From the sequence record PZ540767.1: a stretch of 64,000 nt of DNA; one strand, 5' to 3'. The position numbers and the translations under genes were made by a program. Positions within the stretch are counted from its first letter, which is position 1, and each line of letters opens with the position of its first letter. This DNA is from a phage. The notes beneath the pieces are model-generated. The model ran no database searches, had not been told where the DNA came from, and saw nothing but the letters and a program-made list of their open reading frames with translations. Shown here one piece after another: positions 50,115 through 59,014 of this stretch.

Positions 50115-50300
50115 TTACTTAATAGGTTTAAACGCATTAGCAGGTAATTTTTTAGCTCCTGCTACAGCATTCTGAATTGCTTTGATTCTCCCAAATAGGG
50201 TGTCAGGTTCACCTGGATAGGATCGGGCAAATTCAAAGCCAGAATGTTCAAGTTGCCCCTCTTTGGTAACAACCATGTATCCGAATTTAGTTACGATCAT
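50115..50300 (-). CDS. Small protein (61 aa)
   Basis: ATG preceded by strong ggagga RBS. Confidence 0.45.
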   Translation of the reverse strand: MIVTKFGYMVVTKEGQLEHSGFEFARSYPGEPDTLFGRIKAIQNAVAGAKKLPANAFKPIK

Positions 50301-50384
50301 TAATCCTCCAGATTTTCTGAATAATTAGGGAATAGTGTGAATAACTTTCACAAACCTGGCTTACATGAAACCAGGTTTAGGAAG

Positions 50385-51221
50385 TTACTTAACAGGGACG
50401 AAAGGTACAGAAGCACCTGGCACCATAGTGGTAGGCATTACACCGTTCCACTTAGCAATGGCATCCAGTTGAATTACGTTCGGGTTAGCAGCGAGTGCTT
50501 CACCACGCAATTTGATAGCATCAGCTTCACCTTGGGCACGGATACGTGCAGAGTCGGATTCACCACGAGCTTTCGCACGTTCTTTCTCCGCTTCAGCTTC
50601 AGATTGTTTGATCTCTTGTTCACGCTGCAATGTAACCTGGTTTGCAGTTACTTTGGCGTTAATGGAAGCAATGACGGTTGGTGGGTATTCAGGCTTGCCC
50701 ACATAGGACAGACTGATCACCTCAATACCAACTGGGGTCATTTCAGCCTGGATCATACTGAGTGCTTGGGTCAAGAGATCAGATTTACCACCATCAATGA
50801 ACTTGTCAGTAGTCATACGTGAGGCCAGACGGTTCAGGCTGTCAGCAATCTTCTGTTGCAGATCGCTGTCGGTGATTTCATCCACACCTTTACGATAGGT
50901 CTGGAAGACTGTCGCTACTTTAGTCGGGTTGACTTTATAAGCCACACCGATGTGATAGCCGATGGTTGTACCGTCAGACATTTGGAACGTAAAGATCCCG
51001 TCGTAGGTTTTCATCTGCTTGAAGGTCGGGAACGTGTACAGGTCTTCGTTCCAGCCGATCCAGTAACGGCCTACACCTTTCACTTGCTGTTCAACACCCT
51101 TCTCGTCACCGAGACGGTTAACGATAATACCCACGTTACCTGGTTCGACACGCTCATAGCAGCCTGTCAGCGAGGTCATTGCAACGACTGCCAGAATGCA
51201 GCCCATGATAAATTTACGCAT
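50385..51221 (-). CDS. SPFH/band-7 (stomatin/prohibitin-like) lipoprotein
   Basis: Start at internal ATG 51221: signal peptide with 'LTGC' lipobox; SPFH-like core and Ala/Glu-rich coiled coil (QREQEIKQSEAEAEKERAKA...). Confidence 0.6.
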   Translation of the reverse strand: MRKFIMGCILAVVAMTSLTGCYERVEPGNVGIIVNRLGDEKGVEQQVKGVGRYWIGWNEDLYTFPTFKQMKTYDGIFTFQMSDGTTIGYHIGVAYKVNPTKVATVFQTYRKGVDEITDSDLQQKIADSLNRLASRMTTDKFIDGGKSDLLTQALSMIQAEMTPVGIEVISLSYVGKPEYPPTVIASINAKVTANQVTLQREQEIKQSEAEAEKERAKARGESDSARIRAQGEADAIKLRGEALAANPNVIQLDAIAKWNGVMPTTMVPGASVPFVPVK

Positions 51222-51417
51222 GTTTGATCTTCTTTTTGATTTGACGATAAACGAAAGTGACCACCAGAGCAGGCCACACCAGAGCACCAGCAATGCCGAT
51301 GAACACGAGGATGGTATCTTTAGCTGATACCAATGAAGGCAATATGCCTCCATACAGGACACCTGACAGGAGTAAGATCACTACTCCATACAGGTAGAGT
51401 TTCAGATATTTATTCAT
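51214..51417 (-). CDS. Small two-TM membrane protein, partner of SPFH protein
   Basis: 67 aa, two hydrophobic helices, KKKIKHA tail; stop overlaps SPFH start. Confidence 0.45.
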   Translation of the reverse strand: MNKYLKLYLYGVVILLLSGVLYGGILPSLVSAKDTILVFIGIAGALVWPALVVTFVYRQIKKKIKHA

Positions 51418-51736
51418 CTGTTTTGCGATTCCTTAAACCAGGGATTGTGTAGGCTTTGGAGATATACTCCCCAATATAGAAATACTCATGAATTTCACTT
51501 TCAATCATTCGTACTTCAGAGCCTGCATCAGTCAGTACGGTGTAACAGGGTTCTGGCTTAAAGTCGGCAATGCTCATTGTGGATCCGATTTTGGTAATGA
51601 AAGCATTACCTAACCGACGTCCATCTTTTGTGCATAGCTGACGATGTAATTCCAGAGTCCCGGACGGATCGTAACGTTCAGCCCAGTCAGGCAGGACTTC
51701 ACGTTTAAACTGTTCGTCATACTCTTCGTCTGTCAT
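51410..51736 (-). CDS. Hypothetical protein (108 aa)
   Basis: ORF with ATG; stop overlaps next start. Confidence 0.45.
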   Translation of the reverse strand: MTDEEYDEQFKREVLPDWAERYDPSGTLELHRQLCTKDGRRLGNAFITKIGSTMSIADFKPEPCYTVLTDAGSEVRMIESEIHEYFYIGEYISKAYTIPGLRNRKTDE

Positions 51737-52098
51737 GAAGCCTCCTTTAAAGCTTTGTCACGACGCTTACAGTTTTCTTTCTGGCTTACCATTTCCAGAT
51801 GTGCAGGGTTACAGCACAAGCGATTACGACACTTATGGTCTATCTGCTTCTTGGATGGGATATAGCCATAGAAGTGGGTATATACAACGAGGTGAGTAGC
51901 TACAGTCTGGCTATTGAGACTCATACGCCCATAGCCTCCACCACGTCCAGTCCCTGAATCAGGGCCAGTCCATATGAAGCAAGGGCTAGGTAAGCCTTCA
52001 AGTTTAAAGCCCAGATCTCTGATATCTACTCGTTCGAATACACGCTGGAGTATTTCTTCCCTACGATTGGGAAGTTCCTCCAGTATCTTGTCGAGCAT
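51733..52098 (-). CDS. HNH endonuclease
   Basis: 'QIDHKCRNRLCCNPAHLEMVSQKEN' HNH/zinc motif. Confidence 0.65.
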   Translation of the reverse strand: MLDKILEELPNRREEILQRVFERVDIRDLGFKLEGLPSPCFIWTGPDSGTGRGGGYGRMSLNSQTVATHLVVYTHFYGYIPSKKQIDHKCRNRLCCNPAHLEMVSQKENCKRRDKALKEAS

Positions 52099-52232
52099 TG
52101 AGCATCTCTTTGATCAGGGTATTGTGGTAGCACATGACAGCAGCATGTACATCGTTAGGGGAACAACCATACAGACTGGCTTTAGCACGATTCATTGCAT
52201 CGTCCAGACTGTCGGCTGTAGGGTAGAGGCTA

Positions 52233-52775
52233 TTAACTACTGGCTTCATCTTTTCCATAATAGCGTTTTTGCAGTTCGTTCATCCCTACCTGAAGCAAAT
52301 ACATCAGATCTTCATCTTCCAGGTGTTGGACGTAGGTTAATGGGTTAATGGAATCGACTACTTCTTTAGCCTTTTCCAGTGATTTTTTAGCAGCCAGAAT
52401 GGCAGCAGTATCCTGAGCTACTTTCAGATACTCCGTAGGAGTCAGCTTAGGCTTTGCTGGTTTAACTTCTGGGTTACCCCAGGCATTTTCACCAGAAGCC
52501 ATAAGAGCATGGATACGTTCTTCCAGCTTGCCATAGTCCATAGGAGGCACTTGAGGGTACTGCCAGGCACGAGAAGCCAGAATTGCAGGGTTATGGGACA
52601 ACTGACGTTTAGTAGGTGACAGATGCAGGGCAGCATCAAATTCACCATTCTGGTTTGCAGCACGGAGAATGCCCCGTACAGTTTCCAGTTTAACCCCAGA
52701 TACTGTAGAGATCTGGTGGATACAGTAGCCTTCACGAGCCATAGCCAGAAGTGCAGCAGATTTGATAGCTGTCAT
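52233..52775 (-). CDS. Hypothetical protein (180 aa), possible N-terminal HTH
   Basis: ORF with ATG; N-terminal 'CIHQISTVSGVKLETVRGILRAA' HTH-like. Confidence 0.45.
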   Translation of the reverse strand: MTAIKSAALLAMAREGYCIHQISTVSGVKLETVRGILRAANQNGEFDAALHLSPTKRQLSHNPAILASRAWQYPQVPPMDYGKLEERIHALMASGENAWGNPEVKPAKPKLTPTEYLKVAQDTAAILAAKKSLEKAKEVVDSINPLTYVQHLEDEDLMYLLQVGMNELQKRYYGKDEASS

Positions 52776-52962
52776 TTGGATTCCTTATTTTCTAACTTTT
52801 TCAATAAGCACTCAGCATCATTAATGTCGAGTACTGCGTTTTTTACTTTATTAGACAAGTGAGCTAATTCCCTATTGGGAGGGTTAAACTCACATGCCTT
52901 TTGAAGAAGTTCATCTTTGTAAGTAGTGAGTAGCTTCTTCATCAGAGTAATTTCTGACTTTT

Positions 52963-53625
52963 TCAAAAAGTCCCCCACACTTTAGGGTTGATCAAATACT
53001 GTTCCCAGACCTTATCGAAATAGCAATTGTCTGGGGCATTTTTGAACATAGGAGCAATGTCGCTGTCTTTTAAGCCAGCAAGACCACACCCCACACGAGT
53101 GACCATGAAGTTCAGTTCACCATGTTCCCGTGCATAAGCCAGGAAGGTATCCACATACTCATGGATCACTTGACCACGTAGGGTGCGTAAGCCAGGAGAC
53201 TTAGTGGGCAGAGCGTAGCTATTGCCATAGTGACCATGACCTTTACCCAGTACAGCACCATAGAGCTGTAGGGCTGTTTTAGCAGCACCAGCACCGTGGA
53301 TACCTGCTTCATTGGACCCGAATACGAATACCATTGGTTTGCCTTCAAGGCAGCGTTGAATAGTCACTTCGACTGTCTCCATTGGAAGAGTTTCACGGTG
53401 AGGTTTACTTCGGTACACCTCAATACCATCTTCCCAGTGCATACCCCATTTACCTTGTCGCCATAGAGTTAATGCCTGTGAAGCATTCCGTTTAGCTAAT
53501 AACAGGCGAGGTGATCCTCTGAACCCTGGTTCATGCTTGGTATAAGAATTACTCTGGCTTATGGATCGGCATTCAGGAAGGTAGGCATGGGTTTCAGGAT
53601 CACGATTGATCCACCATGTCTTCAT
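52963..53625 (-). CDS. Hypothetical protein with Gly-rich motif (220 aa)
   Basis: 'VFVFGSNEAGIHGAGAAKTALQLYGAVLGKGHG' looks like a conserved nucleotide-binding-type loop; family not recognised. Confidence 0.5.
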   Translation of the reverse strand: MKTWWINRDPETHAYLPECRSISQSNSYTKHEPGFRGSPRLLLAKRNASQALTLWRQGKWGMHWEDGIEVYRSKPHRETLPMETVEVTIQRCLEGKPMVFVFGSNEAGIHGAGAAKTALQLYGAVLGKGHGHYGNSYALPTKSPGLRTLRGQVIHEYVDTFLAYAREHGELNFMVTRVGCGLAGLKDSDIAPMFKNAPDNCYFDKVWEQYLINPKVWGTF

Positions 53626-53908
53626 TACTGGATTCCTTATTATTTAGGGAATGTAAATAACCCTATCGTGTATGACATTGCACTTTGAAGCCCTACAACA
53701 TAGGGTACTTCCCAGTGTAAGAAGGTGAACACCAGGTAACTAATGAAGATTGAAGCACCATTAATTAGTACAGAGATCATCACTAGTTTCCTTATTCAGG
53801 TTGTATTGATTGATGAACTCACGACGAAGTTCTTGCAGACGAGCTACCTCAGCCTCTGCTTTGTCGATAGCTTCGTCGAAGTCTTTCATCGTTTCATTGA
53901 TTTTGTCT

Positions 53909-54157
53909 TTATCCATTGTACATACAGCTCCAGACAAGGGCACAGATGAACGCTGAGATTCCCCAGAACCCGTGCCACATTTGTTGACGGTGAAGTTTTG
54001 CCTCATAACCACAGAGACGTAAGTGAGCTTTGACTGTCTGGGTAGCTTCGTACTCATACTCAGCTTTCTCCAGTTCAGCTTTTGAGATCCTTACCAGGTG
54101 TGTCCACCAGATAAAGTTGATGCAGCAAATGGCTAAAGCAATTAATACGTAGATCAT
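53909..54157 (-). CDS. Small membrane protein (82 aa)
   Basis: ATG; N- and C-terminal hydrophobic helices with central coiled coil. Confidence 0.4.
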   Translation of the reverse strand: MIYVLIALAICCINFIWWTHLVRISKAELEKAEYEYEATQTVKAHLRLCGYEAKLHRQQMWHGFWGISAFICALVWSCMYNG

Positions 54158-54412
54158 AGGAGCCTCTTTAGGATATAGGTTAAGACTGTCTTAAACCCCG
54201 TTAGCCTATAGGTTACTTTAGTCAAAATGGGGATTTTTGGTAAATTTAGAATATAGGTTGAAAGCGTACTAGTAGTACTAAGAAGTACTACCAGAACACT
54301 CTGAACTACTAAAAATGAGGGGAGACTAGCTCCCCTGCCAAAGGCATAGATAAGAATTAAGTGATGGTAATGAGTCGAGCGACTCACAGAAGTGACCGGA
54401 GGTCACAAAGGC

Positions 54413-54697
54413 TTAAGCCCACTTCAGCATATACTTGTGGAAGTTGTCAGCAGTAATGCCACACAAGATGATATGTGCTGTACCTACTCCTCCTTTCTGC
54501 TTACCGAGAAACTCAATACCTTTTGAGACATCAGTTATGGCTTGAACACCACTGGCATCGACTGTGCCTTTGGTTGGGTAATACATGAGTTTACCAGCCC
54601 AAAATACTGATTTAACTGCTACATGCCCTTGAGTAGGCACTTCTGCTGTAAAACCAGGGAATTTATTGATGAAATCTGCTGCTTCAGATGCGTTCAT
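54413..54697 (-). CDS. Hypothetical protein (94 aa)
   Basis: ATG after agagga RBS. Confidence 0.45.
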   Translation of the reverse strand: MNASEAADFINKFPGFTAEVPTQGHVAVKSVFWAGKLMYYPTKGTVDASGVQAITDVSKGIEFLGKQKGGVGTAHIILCGITADNFHKYMLKWA

Positions 54698-54748
54698 AAG
54701 ATCCTCTTTACCGTTGATGGAAACACTCGCAAAGATGCCCGGAGGGCA

Positions 54749-55156
54749 TCAACGCTTAGTATTATCGCTATATATTTTATTGAAGAAGTTAAAAGCATCA
54801 GCGATATCAGATGTACTTTTAGGTTCCTGAATAGACCGATCATAGATAAATTGTTTAGGGTTGTTTATTTCCTGTCTTCTGAGCACTTCCTCTAGCATCT
54901 TACGTTGAAAATCTTTCATAGAGTTGTACACAGGTTGCTCCTCATTGCCTGGTTTCCAGTAGATCCAGCCTAATGGGGCAGACTCTAAGTCCATTTCAAT
55001 TCCTGGGATGGAATTTTTATGAATGACTTCAAATTGCCCTTCTACTGCTGCTATGACAGTAACTGGTTTCAGCTCCAGTTCTTGTATGCCTATGGCATTA
55101 GCTGTTTTGATTCTCTTAACAGTGCCCCTTGGCACCATGTATTTTATTGTGTCCAT
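54749..55156 (-). CDS. Paralogue 3 of 'KxIKTxxAIG' family (135 aa)
   Basis: N-terminal 'GTVKRIKTANAIGIQELELKP'; first ATG 55156. Confidence 0.5.
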   Translation of the reverse strand: MDTIKYMVPRGTVKRIKTANAIGIQELELKPVTVIAAVEGQFEVIHKNSIPGIEMDLESAPLGWIYWKPGNEEQPVYNSMKDFQRKMLEEVLRRQEINNPKQFIYDRSIQEPKSTSDIADAFNFFNKIYSDNTKR

Positions 55157-55392
55157 ATTGCAGTCCACTTTTTAAAGATAGTTGGCACATCAGATACTAG
55201 TTCAACCCTTGTCATGGTTTGCCAGACTTGGATCCCTTTGGGTAAATCAGCTTTGAAATAGAGTCCCATTTTACAGTTAGAAGGTACTTCAATTTCTGTT
55301 CTGGTTAACCCTATAGCTTTGCTGGTTTTGATCAGTTTAAACAGGGATTCCGGGAATAAAGCTTGGGTATCACCTACCCCTGTTATGGCCAT
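55144..55392 (-). CDS. Paralogue 2 of 'KLIKTxxAIGL' family (82 aa)
   Basis: 'LFKLIKTSKAIGLTRTEIEVP'. Confidence 0.5.
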   Translation of the reverse strand: MAITGVGDTQALFPESLFKLIKTSKAIGLTRTEIEVPSNCKMGLYFKADLPKGIQVWQTMTRVELVSDVPTIFKKWTAIWTQ

Positions 55393-55604
55393 TTAGCCTC
55401 CCATATGATCATGTTAGTTTTCATGCTCCTGTGAGCACTACAATGGGTTCCTGGGGGTACACCTTGAGGTACTGTAGGATTCGTTGGATCATCATAGGGA
55501 ATTTCCAATCGTGCTTCTTTAAGCCCAATAGCTGCTCTGGTTTTGATTAACTTAACCAGCTCTAGTGGTACATACCGCGCATTGGGGGTGTTGAAATTAG
55601 CCAT
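55383..55604 (-). CDS. Paralogue 1 of 'KLIKTxxAIGL' family (73 aa)
   Basis: 'LVKLIKTRAAIGLKEARLEIP'; ATG 55604 after gagga RBS. Confidence 0.5.
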   Translation of the reverse strand: MANFNTPNARYVPLELVKLIKTRAAIGLKEARLEIPYDDPTNPTVPQGVPPGTHCSAHRSMKTNMIIWEAKWP

Positions 55605-55610
55605 AGTATT

Positions 55611-55642
55611 CCTCAAAAAATAAACCTACCCCGAAGGGTAGG
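55611..55642 (-). terminator. C(UUCG)G tetraloop intrinsic terminator after RNAP II genes
   Basis: On - strand: 7-bp stem cctaccc/gggtagg with UUCG loop followed by UUUAUUUUUU. Confidence 0.6.
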
Positions 55643-55649
55643 TGTTTGG

Positions 55650-56924
55650 TTAGCTTAATGCATAGTTGGAACCACGGATTTTATCTCCGAGGTTGTTAGA
55701 CAGTTTGGTATATACCCCATCAGTGCTTCCATACAGCTGGTTCATCAGGGATTGCAGAATGGTGCTATCAGCGAATTCTGCCAGCATCTCTTTGTACCAG
55801 TACCGTACTTCATTACAGTTGTTTGGATGGGAACCAAAGGCATCGTGAACAGTAGCCACAGGGAATGGTTTGTAGGTCAGCATGAAGTTAACTTTACGCA
55901 TTACATCACGAGCTAAGTCGATAGGTAACTGCATGTAGTTGCTCCAGTTGATATCGTTGAGAATAACCATAGAAGACTGCTTATTCTCATTCCACAGACG
56001 GATACGACGTACCATATCACCAGTAGCTTCTTCAGCCTGCATACCCATGCTATTAGCCAGCAGACGTGCTTCCAGCATCTTCTGCACCTCTGCTACCAGT
56101 TCTGGATCGTAGTTGCACAGACGCTCCAGCTCACGCAGCAGATAGGCATCACAGCAGTGAATGGTATTGGCTACGTTAGCTCGGCCTTTCTCTGTACCCC
56201 GGTTCTCTTTGTATTCCATGGTGAAAGTAGCGTGATCAAGCTCATCTACTTCAATTCTGGTTTCCAGAGTTTCCATGACTTTCATCTTAGCGATGAAGCC
56301 ATCAGGCAGCTCCAGAACGTGTTCCAGAGCATACGGACGCCAGGAACCCAGGAGTTCATCCATGAGGTTGAACGCACCAGGAGCGATGATGTGGGCTGCT
56401 TCGTAGAAGTAGTCCAGCATCTCGCCCTCACCGAATACCTTCTTAGGCACAGCCTTAGAACCGTAACCAGAGGTCATTACAGCTTGTTTGATATGGCTAC
56501 GAGGTACTTGGATACTATCCAGACCTTTACGCTTCAGAACGCCATTCATGGCGTCTGTAGTGTTGCTGTAGGCATCCATACGCTTCTCTGGGTCAATACA
56601 ACCAGTGTTGTATGCACCTCTCTCACAGCCTGTGAGGGCACTCATAATCTGAATTCCAGAGCAGCAACCATCCCAGTAGGTGATGTTGCCTACAGCTTCC
56701 CCACGCTGTACACGACGTAAAGTCATAACAGCTTTGTGGTACAGCTCAGGGGTTTCAGCATCTTGAACCTTAGATTCCAGATCCTTGATGTTGTCGTATA
56801 CCCACTGAATACGTTCTTCGAACAGTTTCTTGTCCAGACCGTAATAGTTGGCTACGTCGATGCACATGTATTCCCAACCAGACATATATTTGAAGTTTGG
56901 GCCATAAGCGGTGTTGATTACCAT
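55650..56924 (-). CDS. Phage RNA polymerase II, large (catalytic) subunit; T7-like single-subunit RNAP C-terminal half
   Basis: 'DGCCSGIQIMSALTG' (T7 RNAP motif A-like DGSCSGIQ) and 'VHDAFGSHP' (motif C-like HDSFG). Confidence 0.85.
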   Translation of the reverse strand: MVINTAYGPNFKYMSGWEYMCIDVANYYGLDKKLFEERIQWVYDNIKDLESKVQDAETPELYHKAVMTLRRVQRGEAVGNITYWDGCCSGIQIMSALTGCERGAYNTGCIDPEKRMDAYSNTTDAMNGVLKRKGLDSIQVPRSHIKQAVMTSGYGSKAVPKKVFGEGEMLDYFYEAAHIIAPGAFNLMDELLGSWRPYALEHVLELPDGFIAKMKVMETLETRIEVDELDHATFTMEYKENRGTEKGRANVANTIHCCDAYLLRELERLCNYDPELVAEVQKMLEARLLANSMGMQAEEATGDMVRRIRLWNENKQSSMVILNDINWSNYMQLPIDLARDVMRKVNFMLTYKPFPVATVHDAFGSHPNNCNEVRYWYKEMLAEFADSTILQSLMNQLYGSTDGVYTKLSNNLGDKIRGSNYALS

Positions 56925-56941
56925 TAGTTAAGTCTCTCTAT

Positions 56942-57949
56942 TTAAAGTTTAAATTCATCAGGCACACCAGTTACTTGCTCTTTATTGGCAAAGTTTAAAC
57001 TGGCTTTCTTGAAGGGAGTGCCTTGAAGGTTGATGTGATAACCCTGGGTATACAGACGTCCACGTTTGTCAGGTTTATTGCCAAAGTAGAACTTATTACC
57101 CTGGTTTACCATCAGGCTATAGAAGTAGTACGACTGACGTTTGTAACGCATCCAGTTGTCTTTCTGTTTACGTACCAGATCAGCCTTCTCCCACGGTGTG
57201 AGAGGTTTCTTACGGTGTTTCTGGAGCTTCTCTTCATCGATCTCATTGAGATCAAATGTAGGTTCTTCTTCGTAGTTACAGAGGAATTCTACGTCCAGAG
57301 AGTAAGGCACAGCATTACGGCTGTTGATTACATCCAGACAGATATCCTCATTATGGTGATTGAATGATCCCCCTAGAATAAGGCTATCAGATGAATAAGT
57401 AAGGTAAGGAGTATCCATGTTATGGGTAAGCTTCTTGGGTGGGCAAACCAGTGGTGGTAGATAACACGAACGCTCAATGAATTGAGCCAACTGGTCAGGC
57501 AACCCAATATTGCTAACGATATACAGAGATGCTTTAGGATGAGGCTTGTTAATGTCATATACATCAGTATCCGTAAGGACAGCAACGATTTCAGCCATAG
57601 TCTGAATGCTGTCACGTTTATCATCGAAACCCAGTCTGGAAGCCAGCTGGCCTACTACGTTGACCATTGGAGTAGGTTCAGGGAAATACATAATTCCCAC
57701 GAACACTTCTTTCACAATAGCTTCCAGATCAAGGGATTTGAGGTGGTTAAGGCGTACAGCTTTAGAGTCGTAATACTCACCCTCAAGCCACTGGTTTAAC
57801 AGAGATACACCCTGTTCTACCTTGTCTAACAGGTTGCAATCAGGGTCTTCAAACAGCTCTTTACGGATATAACCATCAATATGTTTCCTGTTGAACTGAC
57901 GTTCATTGATGGCCTGAAGTTCCTCAACTGGTAACCATTTATGCTGCAT
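56942..57949 (-). CDS. Phage RNA polymerase II, small subunit (N-terminal half of split T7-like RNAP)
   Basis: Immediately upstream of catalytic subunit in same orientation; 335 aa; N4 gp15/gp16-like split arrangement. Confidence 0.65.
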   Translation of the reverse strand: MQHKWLPVEELQAINERQFNRKHIDGYIRKELFEDPDCNLLDKVEQGVSLLNQWLEGEYYDSKAVRLNHLKSLDLEAIVKEVFVGIMYFPEPTPMVNVVGQLASRLGFDDKRDSIQTMAEIVAVLTDTDVYDINKPHPKASLYIVSNIGLPDQLAQFIERSCYLPPLVCPPKKLTHNMDTPYLTYSSDSLILGGSFNHHNEDICLDVINSRNAVPYSLDVEFLCNYEEEPTFDLNEIDEEKLQKHRKKPLTPWEKADLVRKQKDNWMRYKRQSYYFYSLMVNQGNKFYFGNKPDKRGRLYTQGYHINLQGTPFKKASLNFANKEQVTGVPDEFKL

Positions 57950-58251
57950 TAGTTAGTTCCTCGTATTACTCGTAATTGCCATTCACAGCCAGGTTCATTG
58001 ATCCTGTTAGCTATTATTCTTGGTTTAGAACTGGCTATTCCTTCAGGGAAGTAACCAGTATTAATCATGTACTCACTGTTGGTTTTATATTTACCCAACA
58101 CCCCTGGAAGCCTGAGTAAAGGTTCCTCAATGCCCAGCATATATTGGGTACGTAGCTGTTTAATCCATGACTCTTCAAGGACGATATAAACATGTCCATC
58201 AAAGCCAGCAGTAATGCTCTTGCCTACAAGGGCTTCCCATGAATCATTCAA
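57949..58251 (-). CDS. Hypothetical early protein (100 aa), TTG start
   Basis: No in-frame ATG near 5' end; gggag RBS 8 nt upstream of TTG. Confidence 0.4.
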   Translation of the reverse strand: MNDSWEALVGKSITAGFDGHVYIVLEESWIKQLRTQYMLGIEEPLLRLPGVLGKYKTNSEYMINTGYFPEGIASSKPRIIANRINEPGCEWQLRVIRGTN

Positions 58252-58594
58252 GATAGAACTCCCATACGTCTTTGTTGATGTACTTGGCAGATACCCAGAT
58301 ACTCTGGTTTATTAGCACATTGGGCATTGGGTATTTAGGTAGCTGCTCACCATTACAGGTGATCATCTTGTTCAGTCTAAATTCCTTTAATCCCAGTGCT
58401 TTACGCATGAGTATCTGCTTAACCAGAGTCTTAGTGATAAGTACACAGAGACTGCTATTACTGCCTTTGCTGGCAATATGGGTAGAGGTATCAGTATCCT
58501 GAAACTCTTTAATACTCCAACGATATCTGGAGCCTCGTCTACGTGATTTAGCTTCATTACCCCAACGATCATTCCAGTTCTTTTCTTTAGCCAT
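58244..58594 (-). CDS. Hypothetical early basic protein (116 aa)
   Basis: ATG after gagga RBS. Confidence 0.45.
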   Translation of the reverse strand: MAKEKNWNDRWGNEAKSRRRGSRYRWSIKEFQDTDTSTHIASKGSNSSLCVLITKTLVKQILMRKALGLKEFRLNKMITCNGEQLPKYPMPNVLINQSIWVSAKYINKDVWEFYLE

Positions 58595-58640
58595 GGTATA
58601 TCCTCAATTAAATAGCCCAGCACTAGGCTGGGCATATGAA

Positions 58641-58931
58641 TTACAGTTCGAAGTTTTCGAGTGCCTTGGCATCACCGAAGGTGACTGACAGACGCTCTCC
58701 CAGAGCCTCTACGCCGTGCTCACGAATGAAGGCCAGTACTGCACCTTCAACCGGGTGATCTTCACGCAGAGCGATGCCACGGCCACCCTGACCCAGGCGA
58801 CGAACCTGACCGTCACGGCCTTTGACGCCGATGTTCAGATAGCCACCAATGTTACGCTCAACAGGAGCAGCAGCATTGTTAGCAGAGGAATTGGAAGTGT
58901 TGTTTGCAGCAGTGTTTTTCTGATAAGCCAT
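58641..58931 (-). CDS. Early protein (96 aa), first gene after a hairpin promoter; possible RNAP II cofactor by position only
   Basis: ATG 58931 (MAYQKN...) after gaggt RBS; Asn/Ala-rich N-terminus, Gly/Arg-rich core. Confidence 0.45.
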   Translation of the reverse strand: MAYQKNTAANNTSNSSANNAAAPVERNIGGYLNIGVKGRDGQVRRLGQGGRGIALREDHPVEGAVLAFIREHGVEALGERLSVTFGDAKALENFEL

Positions 58932-58992
58932 GATAAATACCTCGATAGTTAATATGAAATGAAGAACGAACAGGCAGGATTGCCTTTGCATT

Positions 58993-59011
58993 CATTGCCC
59001 TGTGGGCAATG
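58993..59011 (-). promoter_or_regulatory. Hairpin promoter candidate (N4 vRNAP-type), instance 1
   Basis: + strand gcaTTCATTgccc-TGT-gggcaatg: 8-bp stem, 3-nt loop; ~60 nt upstream of ATG 58931. Confidence 0.5.
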
Positions 59012-59014
59012 TTT

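Noticed and set aside
52061-52258. 65-aa minus-strand ORF between the HNH gene and the 180-aa gene
   Set aside because: Starts with ATG but overlaps both neighbours (38 nt and 26 nt) in different frames; no motif recognised.
52772-52978. 68-aa minus-strand ORF upstream of the 180-aa gene
   Set aside because: Track start is GTG overlapping the upstream gene; an internal ATG at 52942 would give 56 aa; no RBS or motif recognised.
53761-53916. 51-aa minus-strand ORF (internal ATG of track ORF 53761-54057) following the 82-aa membrane protein
   Set aside because: Track ORF overlaps the membrane protein gene in another frame; only the short internal-ATG version is compatible and it has no clear RBS.
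54154-54387. 77-aa minus-strand ORF covering the hairpin/repeat-dense intergenic region
   Set aside because: Region is packed with palindromes and direct repeats and lacks an RBS; more likely regulatory than coding, though not excluded.
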